A DNA stretch of 64,000 bases from the human T2T-CHM13v2.0 reference genome, Homo sapiens. This document shows, piece by piece, positions 25,201 through 41,848 of the stretch. The first letter of the stretch is position 1, and every line of letters begins with the position of its first letter. The stretch lies in the NCBI RefSeq assembly GCF_009914755.1, contig NC_060933.1, one strand, 5' to 3'. Below the pieces are notes generated by a model that was not told the origin of the DNA, did no database searches, and saw only the letters and a list, made by a program, of their open reading frames with translations. The position numbers were made by a program, and so were the translations under genes.

Positions 25201-28200
25201 TAACTCATTATTTACTAAGGAAGCATACTAATATTGCATATCCTCTTTAAAATCCTACAGTTAAGAACAAAAGACTAGAAGACATCAGGCCTTTTCATTT
25301 ATTAGTCATTTTACCTTTTAGACAATTTTATGTAATTATTTTTCACGTGGCAAATTTCATTGTACACTACACACATACGTTTGCAGAAGGGGTGCAAAGT
25401 TTTGGATACATGGAAATTTCTTCTTGAGTTAGCTAGAATTTCTTTTCCTTTTTCAAGTTAAGACAGAAAACCCAGCCAATCAATTCAGTTTTGATAGATT
25501 TTAAAACCCTAATCAATACTTTAAAATTACTTATGAAGCAAATTATTAAGAGTAACTTCTAAACGTAGAAAACATGAAAATCACATCCAAATTGTAGAAA
25601 GAAGTTATTTACAACAAGGTCAGGGCGTGTGCCACTTCTTCCTCCAGCCAAGACCTTTCCTGAACTTGGTGATCATGGATAAACGAGTGCCCAAGAGTCT
25701 TTAATTTGATATATGCATTACATTTCTAAGATCTTAAACTAATAATATCTCTTTGCTTGTCTTTGGTGTTGAGATTGTTTAAACCTTTCAAGACCTGATT
25801 TTGAATCCTTGCTGTCATTTACTAGTTGTGTGACAGACTTGCCCACTTCTCCTTTATAATGTGGAGGTAATATTCCTACAATGGATGCTTGTGAAAATTA
25901 AACATTAATAAGAATATTAAAATGCATTTTGTAAGCCAATAAATGGCATACAAATGTAAATAGTACTTATAAAATAAAATGCGTTTAATTTTTTAAAAAT
26001 ATATGACATTCCCAAAACGGAAAAAGGTATTACAGTGTCTGTTAAACCAGACTTAATGGAATACTTGATTTTTCTTCTCATAATCAACCAATTACATTAA
26101 TGTATCAAACCTGTGTACTGATGAAGATATTTTAAATAGTCTTTTTTTTGTGGAGGGCAGAGAATTGTGTAACTTTTATGTATCCCACTGCCTTTTTTAT
26201 TGTGTATTGTGAACACACCACAGCAGAATTTAAATAGTTAAATATTTGTTGCCTCATTAAATTGTGGCTTCCTAACTTAACTTCAGATTGCAGAGGACTA
26301 GAAAAGTAGGCATTTAATATATTATTTTATTTTACGAGTTTTCTTGATACATAATTGGTTTTGGATATATTTCCTCCTAAGTACAGAGCTAGCACCATAA
26401 ATTACAAGCAGTAACCAGATCTTTTTATATGCCTCACTTTATATTGCTTAGGCAACCTTCTGTATGCTGTTTTCTCTAGTCCTCTCCATAGCAGTTAAAC
26501 CTGAACTCTCATCAGAGAAGTAAAAATTTCCTGTAAAATGAGTTGTTAAAAGCTATATGTTTGAAGTGTAAGAGCAGGCCCTTCTAATGTTTAGGAGTTA
26601 GCTTGTGAAAAAACAAGCTTTTATCTATGTGTTCTTGCATTTCAGTCTGTATTTCTGAATTTATGTATGTGTGTGGCAGTGTAGGGTAGATGATAAATTT
26701 TGTAGCCTAGGAAACCTGTATCCCATCAGGAGAGAAAACAGATGTTCTTCCTCCTGGTTAAGAACTACATCTATCCATTTAGCAATTATGAATCTCTTCC
26801 CTAGGTAATACTCTTTGAGAAAGGAATCTTTCAGCAGACAGGATCAAGAAGCACATGATTCATTTTTTACATTATGGGAATGAATCCTTTTACATTTGCC
26901 TTCTCCTTTTTCATGCTTTCAGTTTAAATAAAAGTAAGTAGACGTTCCAGTTTAAATCACGTTCCAGTTTAAATACCTTACAGGATGAAAGGTATTCTTT
27001 ACTTCCTAGGATCCTAGGATTCCTAGTAAAGGGATTCTTTCTTACTTCCTAGGATCAGCGAATTGGAGACACTGTCAGAGATCACGAAAGAAAGTTCGTC
27101 ATTCCTCCCATCCCCAATCCAGTTCAACCAACTTGTTTCTAGCCATGTTTTTATTTAATAGTTTCTGATTTTAGCTTGTTTTGATTGAAATTATATTATC
27201 CAAGTCTTGTTTATGTTTCTCTGAAAGTGGCCAAATACTGTTTGTTCTACTTAAGTAGTATTTGCATCTTTTTCTGTCCTCATGCTACCACTGTAGTTGA
27301 AACCCTTATCTCTTACCAAAACATAATCTGTCATCTCGTTGCTTCTCTAAATTTCTTCCATATTGCTGTTGGACTGATCTTCCTAAAATAGAGGTCTCAT
27401 CATGGCTTTCTGTTTTCCAGCGACCATTTTCCTTTTTCAAAGGTATCCTATTGCCTTTAAAATTGAGGATAGTGTGTTTAGCCTAGAATTGACACCCCTC
27501 AGTGTTGGCCCTAGTCTGTTTTTTTCAGGCTGTATGCCATAGCACTCCTTCACATGAGCCAAACTGGATGGTTCAGGCTTTGATACTTCACTACCTCTTT
27601 TCTCATCCTCAAATCAGTCTCTGTCTTTGTGATACCCATCTTCTCTTCCTTCATCCCCTCCCCAAATCCCTGCATGTTGAATTCCTACTTCTTCCTCAAG
27701 ATCTTAGCATAATGCCACTTCTACTTCTTCTTTAAGGTCAGACATAGAAAGAAAAGAGTAGGAACTGTATTTACTGTATCAATATGGTAAAAACAACACT
27801 TTAATTGCTTTTTTAAACTAAAATGATTTAACCTACTTCATTTATATAGTTCATCCAAAAAAACAGAATGACCTTCCCAAATGCAAATGCTTAATATGTA
27901 AAGTTTAGTTACCATATTAAAGAAGATTCTGCACACCATGCCACTTAGGTATCAAGAAATGATGGTATGGCCAAAATGGGCAAAGGAAGAATGAACTATT
28001 ACAGACAAAACTATGAAACTCAGAGGAGCTCATAGTACAACTGTAAATTTATTTGTTTTTTTAAATTTAGGGATGTGTAAAGAGCTATAAAGTTCTTGAC
28101 AGGATTTGATAAATCATCAGGGAAAGTAGTTAATGCTTTAGGGTAAAACATTTTAAAATACAGCTTTAAAAATATATAAAAATAGAGCTTTACACTCCTG

Positions 28201-28272
28201 TTATTAATTTTTAATTGTCTCTTTATGATGCTAAGCATGTTGGCACTAGACTCAGTTTTAAAAATGTCTACC

Positions 28273-28564
28273 AGCTTGGCATGGTGGCTCATGCTTGTAA
28301 TCCCAGTACTTTGGGAGGCTGAGGTGGGAGGATCACCTGAGCCCAGGAGTTTGAGACCAGCCTAGGCAATATAGCAAGACTCCATCTCTACAAAAAACAG
28401 AAAAATTAACCAGGTATAGTGGTACACACCTGTAATCTTAGCTACTTGGGGGGCTAAGGTTGGAGGATAGCTTGAGCCGGGATGATCAAGGCTGTAGTGA
28501 GCAATGATTGCATCACTGCACTCCAGCCTGGGCAATGGAGCAAGACTCTGTCTCAAAAAACAAA
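28273..28564 (+). mobile_element. AluJ
   Basis: Dimeric Alu, gtcta-containing target-site duplication. Confidence 0.9.
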
Positions 28565-29099
28565 GTCTAACAGTGATGTATATGTTATACCAGTGTTATT
28601 TGGAAGATAACTTGAGACTTTTCCCATGCATACTGAATTTTTGGGAAATAAATTTAAGTTTTTCTGTATAAATGGTCAAAAAAATGTTATATTGAGAGAG
28701 AGAGAGGTATACTATCCGGAATACAGTCTGTGGGATATGCCTGTACAATTAATTTATCCATTCAGGCCCAGTTTCAAAGGCTTTGGAAGATGGGTTGCAA
28801 AGTTTATTAATCCTCATCATTTCTTGGCTAAGATAATTAGTATAATATAAAAAGTCTTTGATTCTCTATTCTGATGACCTGTTTTGATCCTTAGAGACAG
28901 AACTAAGGATTAAGGTGAGATGAATCTTCTTAGTTTACTAGCCAAAACAGTATACTCAGCCCTAGAACAGAATTCTCTGTCGCTTGTATTTAGCATTCCC
29001 TCTTGCTGAAAGTGTTCTTCTCTTTTTATATTTATGATTTCTATTAATGAAATTGCATCTCTGTCTCCCATTTGGTGGTGGGGGGGAGACAGGGGAGAA

Positions 29100-29674
<575 letters not shown>

Positions 29675-30071
29675 TGCATTTTCTTGAAGTTGAAGATTTC
29701 CTCTGTGATCACATCAACCCAAGATTCTCTTTCTCTAAGCCCTATTAGCATTTCTTATAATGCCATTCAAGTACCATCACTAACTTGATTGGAAGTTCCT
29801 CAGAGCAGGGACTGTGTTTCAGATTTTTTGTTCCCCACAGTGCTTAACACAGAGCCTAATACAAAACAAATTCTGTGTGAATTTTTTGTGAAAGCTCTTG
29901 GTATCTCTAATGTGCTCTCAAAACCAACTACTATTATAAGATAATTAGATTTTACTCACTACCAGATTTCTCTACCTGGCCAATAAGGTTTGCAGAAGTT
30001 CCAGACCTATCAGGTGTTTATTTGCAAAGAAACAAAGTAGTAAACTTCAAAAGTCATGAATGTACTCTTGA

Positions 30072-30406
<335 letters not shown>

Positions 30407-30519
30407 GCAAAATTTCTACTCTTTCCGAGGGGCTAATGCTGTTCTCAGCTGTGAAACTTTATTGTTGTCAATTCTGGCATTTAATTCTGAATAGGGTGCC
30501 ATCACCTTCACTACTCTAT

Positions 30520-31660
30520 TCATGTGGTCTTTCAACAAATGTATTGAATACTACTGTATGCTATGTTAGGGATAAGAAGTGACCCAGACTGCTATAAGGG
30601 AAAGATAAAACAGTAGTATGAGAGTGTATAATATTCTAACGTAGTATGGAGGCCAAGGAAGGCTTTTATGGTGACGTTTAAGCTGAAATCCAAAAGAATT
30701 AACTAGTCGAAATGGTGAGGCAAAGAGTGTTTTGATCCAAGGAAATAACATGTGCACCCTATCTACTAGAAGGGATGAATTATTTGCTTGCTGTCCTGAA
30801 GGTAGGCCATTGTGGCTTGAAAGAGTGTGAGAGAGAGCATGTAGGGCAAGATGAGGCTGGAAGAGTAAGTAAAGATCAGAAATTTCAGGCATTGTAGGCC
30901 ATGTTAAGGTTTTGAACGTTATTTTTAGAGCAGTTGCTAATGAAGTATATGAAGCAGGGGTTATAGGAGCAGATTTCCATTGTTAAAAGATAGCTATGCT
31001 TCAGAAAAGAGAATGGTGAGAGGGCCTGTAGTACCTGCAGAAATACCAGTTAAGAGGCTACTGGGAGGCTGAGGCAGGAGGATCACTTGAGCCCAGGAGT
31101 TTAGCCTGGGCAACGTAGTGAGATCTCATCTCTACTAAAAATTTTAAAAATTAACTGAGTGTTGCAGTGCGTGCCTATAGTCCCAGCTACCAGGGAGGCT
31201 GAGGCAGGAGGATCGCTTGAACTGGGGAGATCGAGACTGCAGTAAGCCATGATTGTACCACTGCATTCCAACCTGAGCAACAGAGTGAGACTCTGTCTCA
31301 AAAAAAAAAAAAAAAAAAAAAAAAAAACAAAAGAAGTTCTAGGCATGATATGATAATGTTGTTATCTTAGGTTAGTGAGGTGACAGTGAAGAAAGATTAT
31401 AACTGAATTATAATTTTTTAAAGTAAAATCAACAGAACTTGGTATGGAACTATTTATGGGAGATGAGGAAGAGAAAAACAACTCCTAGATTTCTGATTGT
31501 GCCCTGCGTATGCTAAGGAAATACTCAGAAGGGACCAGTTTTAGGAAGTGCATTTGAGGCACCTAGGCCAGTTGAATTTGAGTGGTCAGGTCAAGAGTTT
31601 TATATCTGTGAATCACAAGCATAGATAGGCAGGCTAACTTAGGGTTTCAGTTATCTGAGG
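30520..31660 (-). mobile_element. L2 fragment interrupted by an Alu
   Basis: tcaacaaatgtattgaatactactgtatgctatg (antisense L2 3' end) and a purine-rich body. Confidence 0.65.
31062..31335 (+). mobile_element. AluJ, 5'-truncated
   Basis: Alu consensus with a long A tail. Confidence 0.88.
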
Positions 31661-31688
31661 AAAATAGAGGGCTTTGTTGTTTTATTTG

Positions 31689-31937
31689 GTAGCCATTAGC
31701 TATGTGTGTATCTGGTCTGAATTGAGATGTGTTATAGTCTAAAGACTGAAAAAAGGCTGTAAAGCATGTTATTAATAATATTTTACATTGATTACATGTT
31801 AAAATATTTTAGCTATATTGTGCTACATAAAATATATTATTAAAATTAATTTTACTTGTTTAACGTGACTACTAGAAAATTTAAAATTACCAATCTCACA
31901 TTAGTGGCTTGCATTACATTTCTGTTGGGCAGTGCTG
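31689..31937. mobile_element. MER33/MER3-like hAT-Charlie MITE
   Basis: agccattagctatgtg...gattacatgttaaaata...tggcttgcattacatttctgttgggcagtgctg. Confidence 0.65.
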
Positions 31938-32067
31938 GTATAGAAAAGCAAGCTTAGGATTGGGCCTTGAGATATCCCAATACTGAATGTCTACATATTA
32001 TCAGAGTCAAGTTCTTGGCATTTTCGTGTGAAAAGACTCAGATACACTACATACACATAAAGTCTTA

Positions 32068-32385
<318 letters not shown>

Positions 32386-32599
32386 AAAGACCTCCTAGGG
32401 AATTTTAATGTTTCAAAATAAGAATTTTTCTTTTCCCACAATCTCCTCTTTAAAGAGGCCATCATTGAAAGTAGTTTCCAGCAATAAAAAAAAAAAAAAA
32501 AATAGTAGTAGAAGAGGAGGAGCCATTACTTTCATTTCTGTTCATTCTGAAGAAACAGAGATGACTCTTTCTGTATAACTCAAATTCTTAAAAGAAACC

Positions 32600-33760
32600 C
32601 TTGATATATAGTGTCAATTATATGAACTCTACCTCAGGGTACCTAAAAAAAGAATGTTTGGTTACCCGAATGAGGGGGAGGTTTTCCTTTAGAGAGAAGT
32701 ATTGGTGCCAACAAATGAAAAAGGAATAGTTTGAACACCACATTTTGCAACTCCTAATGAAATAATGGATTTAAAGAATTATCGATGGCTGCTTATTTGA
32801 CAAAAAGAGACACCTGACATTGTGCCACTTCAGAGAACACAGTGCTTACCTAGAAGTATTCTTTCCAAAATTTAAAAAATGATCTAATCTACATATAATC
32901 AGGCTTCTAGATCCAACTACAAGTTTATAGGAAATATAAAGACTATCTCATGAAAATACAATCAGCAAAATCCAGAATGTGTTAAACTCTACAGGATATC
33001 ACTTCATTTCTTTAACAAATAATTGCATGGAAAAGAGGGAGGTGGACTGAAGGGAAGAAATATGGAAGGGGGAAACTACAGATTCAGGGACTTAGTTTAT
33101 TACAATGGACCTTTTTGGGATCTTATAAAGCATATATATTTATCAGGTAATTATAGAAATTTGAACACTGATGAACATCTGATTAGTTATTGTTGGTTTT
33201 TAAATATATGATATTGTATTATGGTTACATTTAAAAGAGTCCTTATTTATCATTTGTTTGTTTGTTTGTTGAGACATAGTCTTGCACTGTTGCCCAGGCT
33301 AGAGTGCAGTGGCACAATCTCGGCTCACTGCAACCTCCGCCCTCCAGGTTCAAGCAATTCTCATGTCTCAGCCTCCTGAGTAGCTGGGACTGTGGGGGTG
33401 CGCCAACATGCCTGGCTAATTTTTGTATTTTTAGGAGAGTCGAGGTTTCACCATGTTGGCCAGGCTGGTCTCAAACTCCTGACCCCAAGTGATCTGCCCG
33501 CCTCAGCCTCCCAAATTGCTGGGATTATATGCGTGAGTCACTGCGCCCGGCCATTATTTATCTTTTAGACATAGCATGCTGAAATTTTTGCAGATAAAAT
33601 GTTTTGCTTAACAATAGTTCAGTAGAGGACAAGGGTAAGTGGGTAGGGATACAGATGAAATAAGATTGGCTGTGAATTAAGAATTGTTAAAGCTGGAACT
33701 TTGGGAGTTTATTATACTATTTTTTCAACTTTCATATGTTTGAAGTTTTCCAAAATAGTG
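32600..33760 (+). mobile_element. L1MC/ME 3' region interrupted by an Alu
   Basis: aatcagcaaaatccagaatgtg...; ggagtttattatactattttttcaactttcatatgtttgaagttttcc. Confidence 0.6.
33254..33552 (-). mobile_element. AluS
   Basis: Antisense Alu with (TTTG)n tail; target-site duplication ttatttatc. Confidence 0.9.
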
Positions 33761-34702
33761 AATGAGTAAGAACACACACAGACATTATACAGAGGGGAAG
33801 TGTCATTAATGATTTTATCTACTATACCTTTTTGTATCAGAAGATCTGGAGAAGAAACAGAAATATTAAAGTTTATTTCCATGAATAATCCCTTTACTTT
33901 CATAAATATCTGCTGGGCCTGGTGATTTGACCAGTAAATGGGATTTATCTTTTTGTGTAGCCAATAAATTGGCTCTTTAATCTTTTCTCATTCACGTTAA
34001 CTTTCTCTTACCCTGTAAAGTGTGTTGAATTTAATGTTTATTATTCCTATGAGTTGGGGAATTGGTATAAAATACATACATAAAACGTGTAAGAAAAATT
34101 ATAAATTGAACACCTATGTAACCATCACCCGGGTCAAGAAATAGGACCCTTTACATGTTTCAAAGCTGTGTGGTAAAAAAAAAAAAAAAAAAAAAAAGAA
34201 AGAAAGGACCTGGGCAGTACTGCTGACGCACATCCCTTCTCCACCACATACTTCATTCCTCCCCTCTTTCATATATATGTGAATATTCATCACCCTGATA
34301 TTTATGGAAATCAATCACTTCTTTGCTTTTTATTTTTTCTCTTCTCTTAACGGTATAGTTTGTCTTCCCTCTCGTGTTCTTCATACTTTTACTGTATATT
34401 CATGTATGTATAATATTATTTTGCACATTTGCAGACTTAATTAGCACTATTCCGTACGTATTCTTCTAAACTTATCTGCACTCTGCATCCCATAGGGTTT
34501 CCTTTATACTGATATGTGTAGCTGTAATTCATTCCTTTTTTAACTACTGTATAGTATTCTATTGTATGATTGCACCACCAATGTATTCGTTCTCTTACTG
34601 ATGGACATTTAAATTTTTGGAAGTTTTTTGCAGTTATAAACAAAGCTGCTAAGGATATTCTTGTGCATATCTCTTGGTGCATGTATATGAGAGTTTCAGT
34701 AG

Positions 34703-35250
<548 letters not shown>

Positions 35251-35994
35251 TTATTAGATCTCCTCAGCAAGGGTAATCATCAACTGTACTGGACTTGGCA
35301 AAGTATCCTGCAGGAATTATTATATGAATTCTTACCTCCTGGTCAATATTTGGTGGTGGTAAAATTTTGTTTTGCATTCATATCTCACTATTTATATTGC
35401 TGTTTCTCTGATTACTAGTCAGGCTGAACACAGTTTCAAATGTTTATTGAATCTTGCATATTTTTCTGTTGATTGCCTGTTCATATTTTTTGCCCATATT
35501 CCCTATGTGTTTTTTTTCTCAGAGATATGTGGGAATTTTTTTTATATGTTCCAGATATGAACACTTTGTTGGTCATATGCATTACCAATATTTCCTCCCA
35601 ACCTGTGGCTTGTCCTTTAAGTTTTCTTAGTGATGTCTTCTAAAAAACCAGAACACTTTTTATTGGAAATAATTTCAAATTTTAAAAAGTTGCAAAAATA
35701 AAAATGGTACTCTTAACCCATTTTCTGTTTAGAAAAAAACAAATACAGCTTGCTGCCAGTGCATTTTTCATCAGGACAAATGAGAAATTGGCATACCTGT
35801 GTAGCCTTTATCCAGTCACTTATTATTTACATTTTACTCCATTAGCTTTATAATCATTTGTGTGCTTGCTCACTCTTCATGTATATGTATGTGTATATTT
35901 GAATATGCATATACACACAATTCTGAACCATTTGAGATTAGAGCACATATATTATGCTTGGCTTTCATGAGTGTATAGTGATATAATTTTATGA

Positions 35995-36349
<355 letters not shown>

Positions 36350-37312
36350 TAAAAGTTTTTAATGTTAATGTAGTTATTTACTCAATCTTTTCCTTTATGG
36401 TCTGTATCTTTTAAATTCTTTCCCATATCTGAGTTTTAAAAATATTTGCTGTATTTTCTCATATGATTGTTAAAATCTTGCTTTCCATATTTAGGAATGT
36501 AATCTACTTTGTTTTTTTTTTATATAGTGAGAGATGAATACCAATTTTGTTTTATCCCATTGTCCCAGCACCATTTATTGAATAAATTGTTTCCTTTGTT
36601 TATAGTGACACCTATATGGTGTATCAAGTTTATGCATGCAGGTCGTTGGGCTACGTGATTGACTGTTCATGTACTTAGATCACACTGTCTTAAAAATTAG
36701 AGCTTTATACTAATTATTGATATCTGCCTGGCAAGTCTTTCTAGCATGTTCTTCTCAAATTTAACATTTACTTTGATAAATAGTTACATAGCAACAATTC
36801 ATGTAATCATCACATACTCAAAATACAAGATATTACCAGCATAGTGAAACCCATGCTCTCAGGATGTTGCACCCTTGCAGTAACCTTCTCCTTCTCCCAA
36901 CAGTTGGGCCTTATCCTGACTTTTGTGGCAGTACTTCCTTGATTTTCTTTGTAGTTTTGTCACTGATAACTTCTCCTAATCTATATTGTCTAGTTTTCCT
37001 TTTTTTTTTTTTTTTTGAGCTTTATATTCATGGATGCATCCAGGAGATATAATTTTGTATACATCAGGCTTCCTTAATAAAACATTATAAAGCTGTGGTT
37101 CATTTTTTTGTTTTTTAGTTGATGTGGGATATTTTATTTTGTGACTATACCAGAGTTTATTCACTCTGCTCTAAGTGAGCATTTTGGCTATTGTTAACCA
37201 GTGTTTCTCTTAATATGCATGTTTTGGGTTAATTTCAGGTAATACATGTAGGAGTAGAATTGTTTTTCCCTATGGTATGTTTATCTTCCACTTTAACATG
37301 GAATGGCAGACT

Positions 37313-37629
<317 letters not shown>

Positions 37630-39039
37630 TGGCAAACTCTTTTTTCAAAGTAGTTTTATCAATTTACATTATAACCAACAATGTATGAGAGTTCCCATTG
37701 TCTGCATCCTTGCGAACACATGATATTGTTAGTATTCTTAATTCTGTTTTGGTAGGGGGATAGTAGTATTTTATTTTGGCTTTAGTATGCATTTACCAGA
37801 TGACTAAATGAAGTCAAATACCTTTCATGTGTTTATTGATCACTTAGATATCCTCTTTTGTGAATGACCTATTTAAGTCGTGCTGGAGTTTCTACTTCTT
37901 TGGCTTAATAACTTGAAGGGGTTATTTATGTATTCTAGACATGAGTTCTTTATATGTTGGACAGATATCTCCTTCCACATTGTGGCTTGCCTTTTCACTC
38001 TCTTAATGGTGTTTTTTTGTTTTATTTTGTTTCTTGATGAACAGAAGTACTTTATTTCAATGTAGTCAAAAGTTATCAAATTTGAATTCATGCTCAATCA
38101 TTACTTACCTACTATGTGACCATGGCCAGCTTCGAGCTTCAGTTTACTTATCTGTAAATAGGTGGTAATAATATCCATGTCATTGGGTAATTGAGAAGAT
38201 TAAATAAGATAAAGCACTTATTATAGAGCTTTTTACCTAGCAGTCCCTCAATAGATGTTAATTGCCTTCCTCATCATTTAGGGTGCTCATTTTCATACTG
38301 TCTTTTGGGAAATTGGGTAGTATTCATGAGCTATTTGCAAATGAATGTTTTGGAAATTAGAATCTCATATAATTATCCTAGGAATTTAGAAGATTGCCTA
38401 AAATAGTAAATCATAATTAATTTGCCCAGAGAACTAAAATGTAATATTTTCTCTGATGTAGAGGATTTACACTGAATATGGGATCCTTGTATAATAAAAC
38501 TCATGACTGGAGTATCTTATCCAGGAAATGAGAAGAGATAATAAAAAATAGTCTAACCCTTCTACATGCATCATATTTTAAACCAAGAGTAGTTCTCTTT
38601 GCCTCCAAGAGAAAACAAGGTTTATTAAATAGTGAAAAATTGCTAATCACTCCAGCCCAAAGTACCTTCTCTCTCCTAGGAACATTTAGTGCCTATTGAT
38701 GATTTTCATTTTCCCATATTTCATCATTCAACAATAATTTGTAGGACATCTCTTACTATGCTTACTATGCACCAAGTATAGACTCATTCTTTGTGTGAAT
38801 GGAGCTAAGAATGAAGAGTGGAAGATTTTGTAAAAAAGATTTTAATTATAACACCATGCCAAAAAATTTCAAAGTTCTGCTACTGGTAATGGCGGAATTG
38901 TTCATAATGTACCAATTTTCCCACAGGTAATTCTACTCTGGATGAAGCTTATACTATAAATATTTAGTACATAAAATCTAAATGTTTATATACACACACA
39001 TAATTGAAAGCACACTTTAATGCTTCAAAACATAATCTG

Positions 39040-39194
39040 GCCAGACCTGGATGGCTCATGCGTATTATCCCAGCATTTAGGGCTGTTCAGACAGGAAGAT
39101 TGCTTGAGGCCAGGAGTTCAAGACCAGCCTGGGCAACATAGTGAGACCCCCCCATCTCTGAAATAAAATAAATAAAATAAAATAATAAAATAAA
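39040..39194 (+). mobile_element. FLAM / Alu left monomer
   Basis: Single monomer followed by an (AAAAT)n tail. Confidence 0.8.
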
Positions 39195-39693
39195 CTATCT
39201 GAAGGCACTGGAGACCAAACCAAAGTGGGCAGAAACTCACAGGAAGTCAACATTTAGAATAAAGAAAAAGCATTTGATGACTTTATTTTTAGTATTTTAT
39301 GCTTGAGGGCAGTTACTAATGGCTACACCATGGGGGTGATTAGAACTCGGAAATCCCAATTCTTACTGATTTGGGGAATCAGAAAATAGAGGCTACTATA
39401 GCACCTGGAAAGTGAAGGGAAATTCTCAGAGGGACATCCCAAGTTCTGCATATAAATGATTGTCAAATATTTGATCCTTGAACAAAACGTGAACATTCTT
39501 CAGAGGAACATAATGGAATCCATAGCCTCTAAAAAGTATCATTCACAAGATGTAGAATACAATCCAAAATTACCAGATATAAATAAAAAGAAACTGGAAA
39601 CTTTGATGTATACTCAAGAAAAGGCAACCAAGGGACACTATGGGATGACCCAGATATAGTAATTAGAAAATCAAAAAAAAAAAGTTTTTTTGT

Positions 39694-39915
39694 TTGTGTG
39701 TGTGTGTGTGTGTGTGTGTTTTGTTTTGTTTTGTTTTGTTTTGTTTTGTTTTGTTTTGTTTTGTGGCAGGAGTCTCACTGTGTCACCCAGGCTGGAGTGC
39801 AGTGACCATTTACAGGCATAATCTTAACTCACTGCAGCCTCGAGCTCCTAGACTCTGGTGGTCCTTTCACTTCAGCCTGCCAAGTAGCTCGGACTGTAGG
39901 TGGGTGCCAACACAA
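39694..39915 (-). mobile_element. Alu monomer (FAM/FRAM-like) with (TG)n and (GTTTT)n tail microsatellites
   Basis: gtctcactgtgtcacccaggctggagtgcagtg preceded by simple repeats. Confidence 0.7.
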
Positions 39916-40599
39916 CTGACTGACAAGGATTTTAAAGCTGTTATTAGTTATGACTATGCTCAAGGATATAAAATGGCATACAATAAAATAAATATGAAAC
40001 TTGCTGGAGAAATAAAACTATAAAAGAGAACTAAATGGAAATTTTAGAACTGAAAAATGTAATATCTGTAATAAAAATTCACTGTGTGACCTTAATAACA
40101 GATTGAAAATATCAGTGAACTTGAAGATCCAAATCACTCAATCTGAAAAACAGAAAGAAAACTTTAAAAATAAATTCAAAAGAGCAGTGCCCCAGTGACT
40201 CATTGAACAATATTAAGACCTAATATGTGTCATTGGAGTCCCAGAAGAAGAGAAGGAAACTGGGGCCAAAAATATATTTAAAGAGATAATGGGAGAGAAT
40301 TCCCCACATTTAGTGAAAGATGTAATTGTACATATTGAAGAGATTCATAGCCAAATTGATGAAAACTAATGATAACAATAAAAATCTTATAAATAGTAAC
40401 AGAAAGGAATAATAATAAAACTGAGAGTTGACTTATTAGAAACAATGGAGGCCAAATGCAGTAGAACACCATCTTTAAAGTGCTTAGGGAAGGAGAGCTT
40501 TGGGGAAAGCTGGGAATCAAGAATTCTACATCCGGCAGAAATATCCCACAGGAATGAATGCCACATGAAGATTATTTTAGATTTTAAAAGTGAGAAAGG

Positions 40600-40722
40600 A
40601 CCAGATGCGGTAGCTCACACCTGTAATCCCAGCATTTTGGGAGGCCACACGGCAGGTGGATCACTTGAAGCCAGGAGTTTTGAGACCAACCTGCCTGAAA
40701 CCCTGTCTCTATTAAAAAAATT
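40600..40722 (+). mobile_element. FLAM / Alu left monomer
   Basis: gcggtagctcacacctgtaatcccagcattttgggagg. Confidence 0.8.
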
Positions 40723-41273
40723 AAATTTAAAAGAGAAAGAATTTGTTGCCAGCTACCCTCCACTAGTAGAAATGCTGAAGTAAATTCTTTGGGATGAAGG
40801 GAAATGATATACCAAGTCAAACTCCTGTTTTCAAAAAGGAATGAAGGGAAAACTTGTCTTTTTTTATCCTCTTTATTTGTTTCAAATGTATATGATGTTG
40901 AAAGCAAAAAAAAAAAAGTAACATTGGGTGATTTATATGTAGATATAATACATATGGCAACTATATCAGAAAGGACTGGGATGGGCAGGTAAATAGAATC
41001 ATTTGGTGACAAGTTTTTTACATTTTTCATAAATTGTATGATATTAACTCTGAAATGTTAATATCTGAAAATGTAAAGGTATATTTCAGTTCTTAGAACA
41101 GACACTTAAAAAAAAAAGACAAAAAAACATAAGGACATAAACCTAAAATGCAATAGAGAAATTATATTGGAATCTTAAAAATATTAAATTACTCCAAAGG
41201 ACGAAAGGACGGACAGAGTAATAAAAAGCAGTAATTGAAAGATCTAAATGTGGACATATTGATAATTACATCT

Positions 41274-41420
41274 GGCCAGGTCCAGTGGCTTATGCCTGTA
41301 ATCCTAGCACTTTGGGAGGCCAAGGCAGGAGGATCCTTTAAGCCCAAGAGTTTGAGACAAGCCCAGGCAACATAGCAAGACCTTATCTCTATAAATTAAA
41401 ATATATATATATATATTAGA
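41274..41420 (+). mobile_element. FLAM_C
   Basis: Single monomer; target-site duplication ataattacat. Confidence 0.8.
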
Positions 41421-41570
41421 AAAACATAATTACATGAATTGTGTATATACAGAACACTCCAATTAAAAGGCTAAAAATAAGCATGTGAAAGCTGGAGTAG
41501 TCATATTAATCAGGTAAGTAAACTTTGAGACTAGGAATAGTAGTAACAGAGGTAAACAAGGATGTTTCCC

Positions 41571-41848
41571 ACCGGGTGCGGTGGCTTAAGCCTGTAATCC
41601 CAGCACTTTGGGAGGCCGAGGCGGGCGGATCACGAGGTCAGGAGATCGAGGCCATCCTGGCTAACACAGTGAAACCCTGTCTCTACTAAAAATACAAAAA
41701 ATTAGCCGGTCCTGGCGTCAGGCACTACTTAGGAGGCTGAGGCAGGAGAATGGCGCGAACCCGGGAGGCGGAGCTTGCAGTGAGCTAAGATCCCACTACT
41801 GCACTCTAGCCTGGGCAACAGTGCGAGACTCCGTCTCAAAAAAAAAAA
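41571..41848 (+). mobile_element. AluY
   Basis: CpG-rich with Y-diagnostic motifs; target-site duplication ggatgtttc. Confidence 0.9.
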
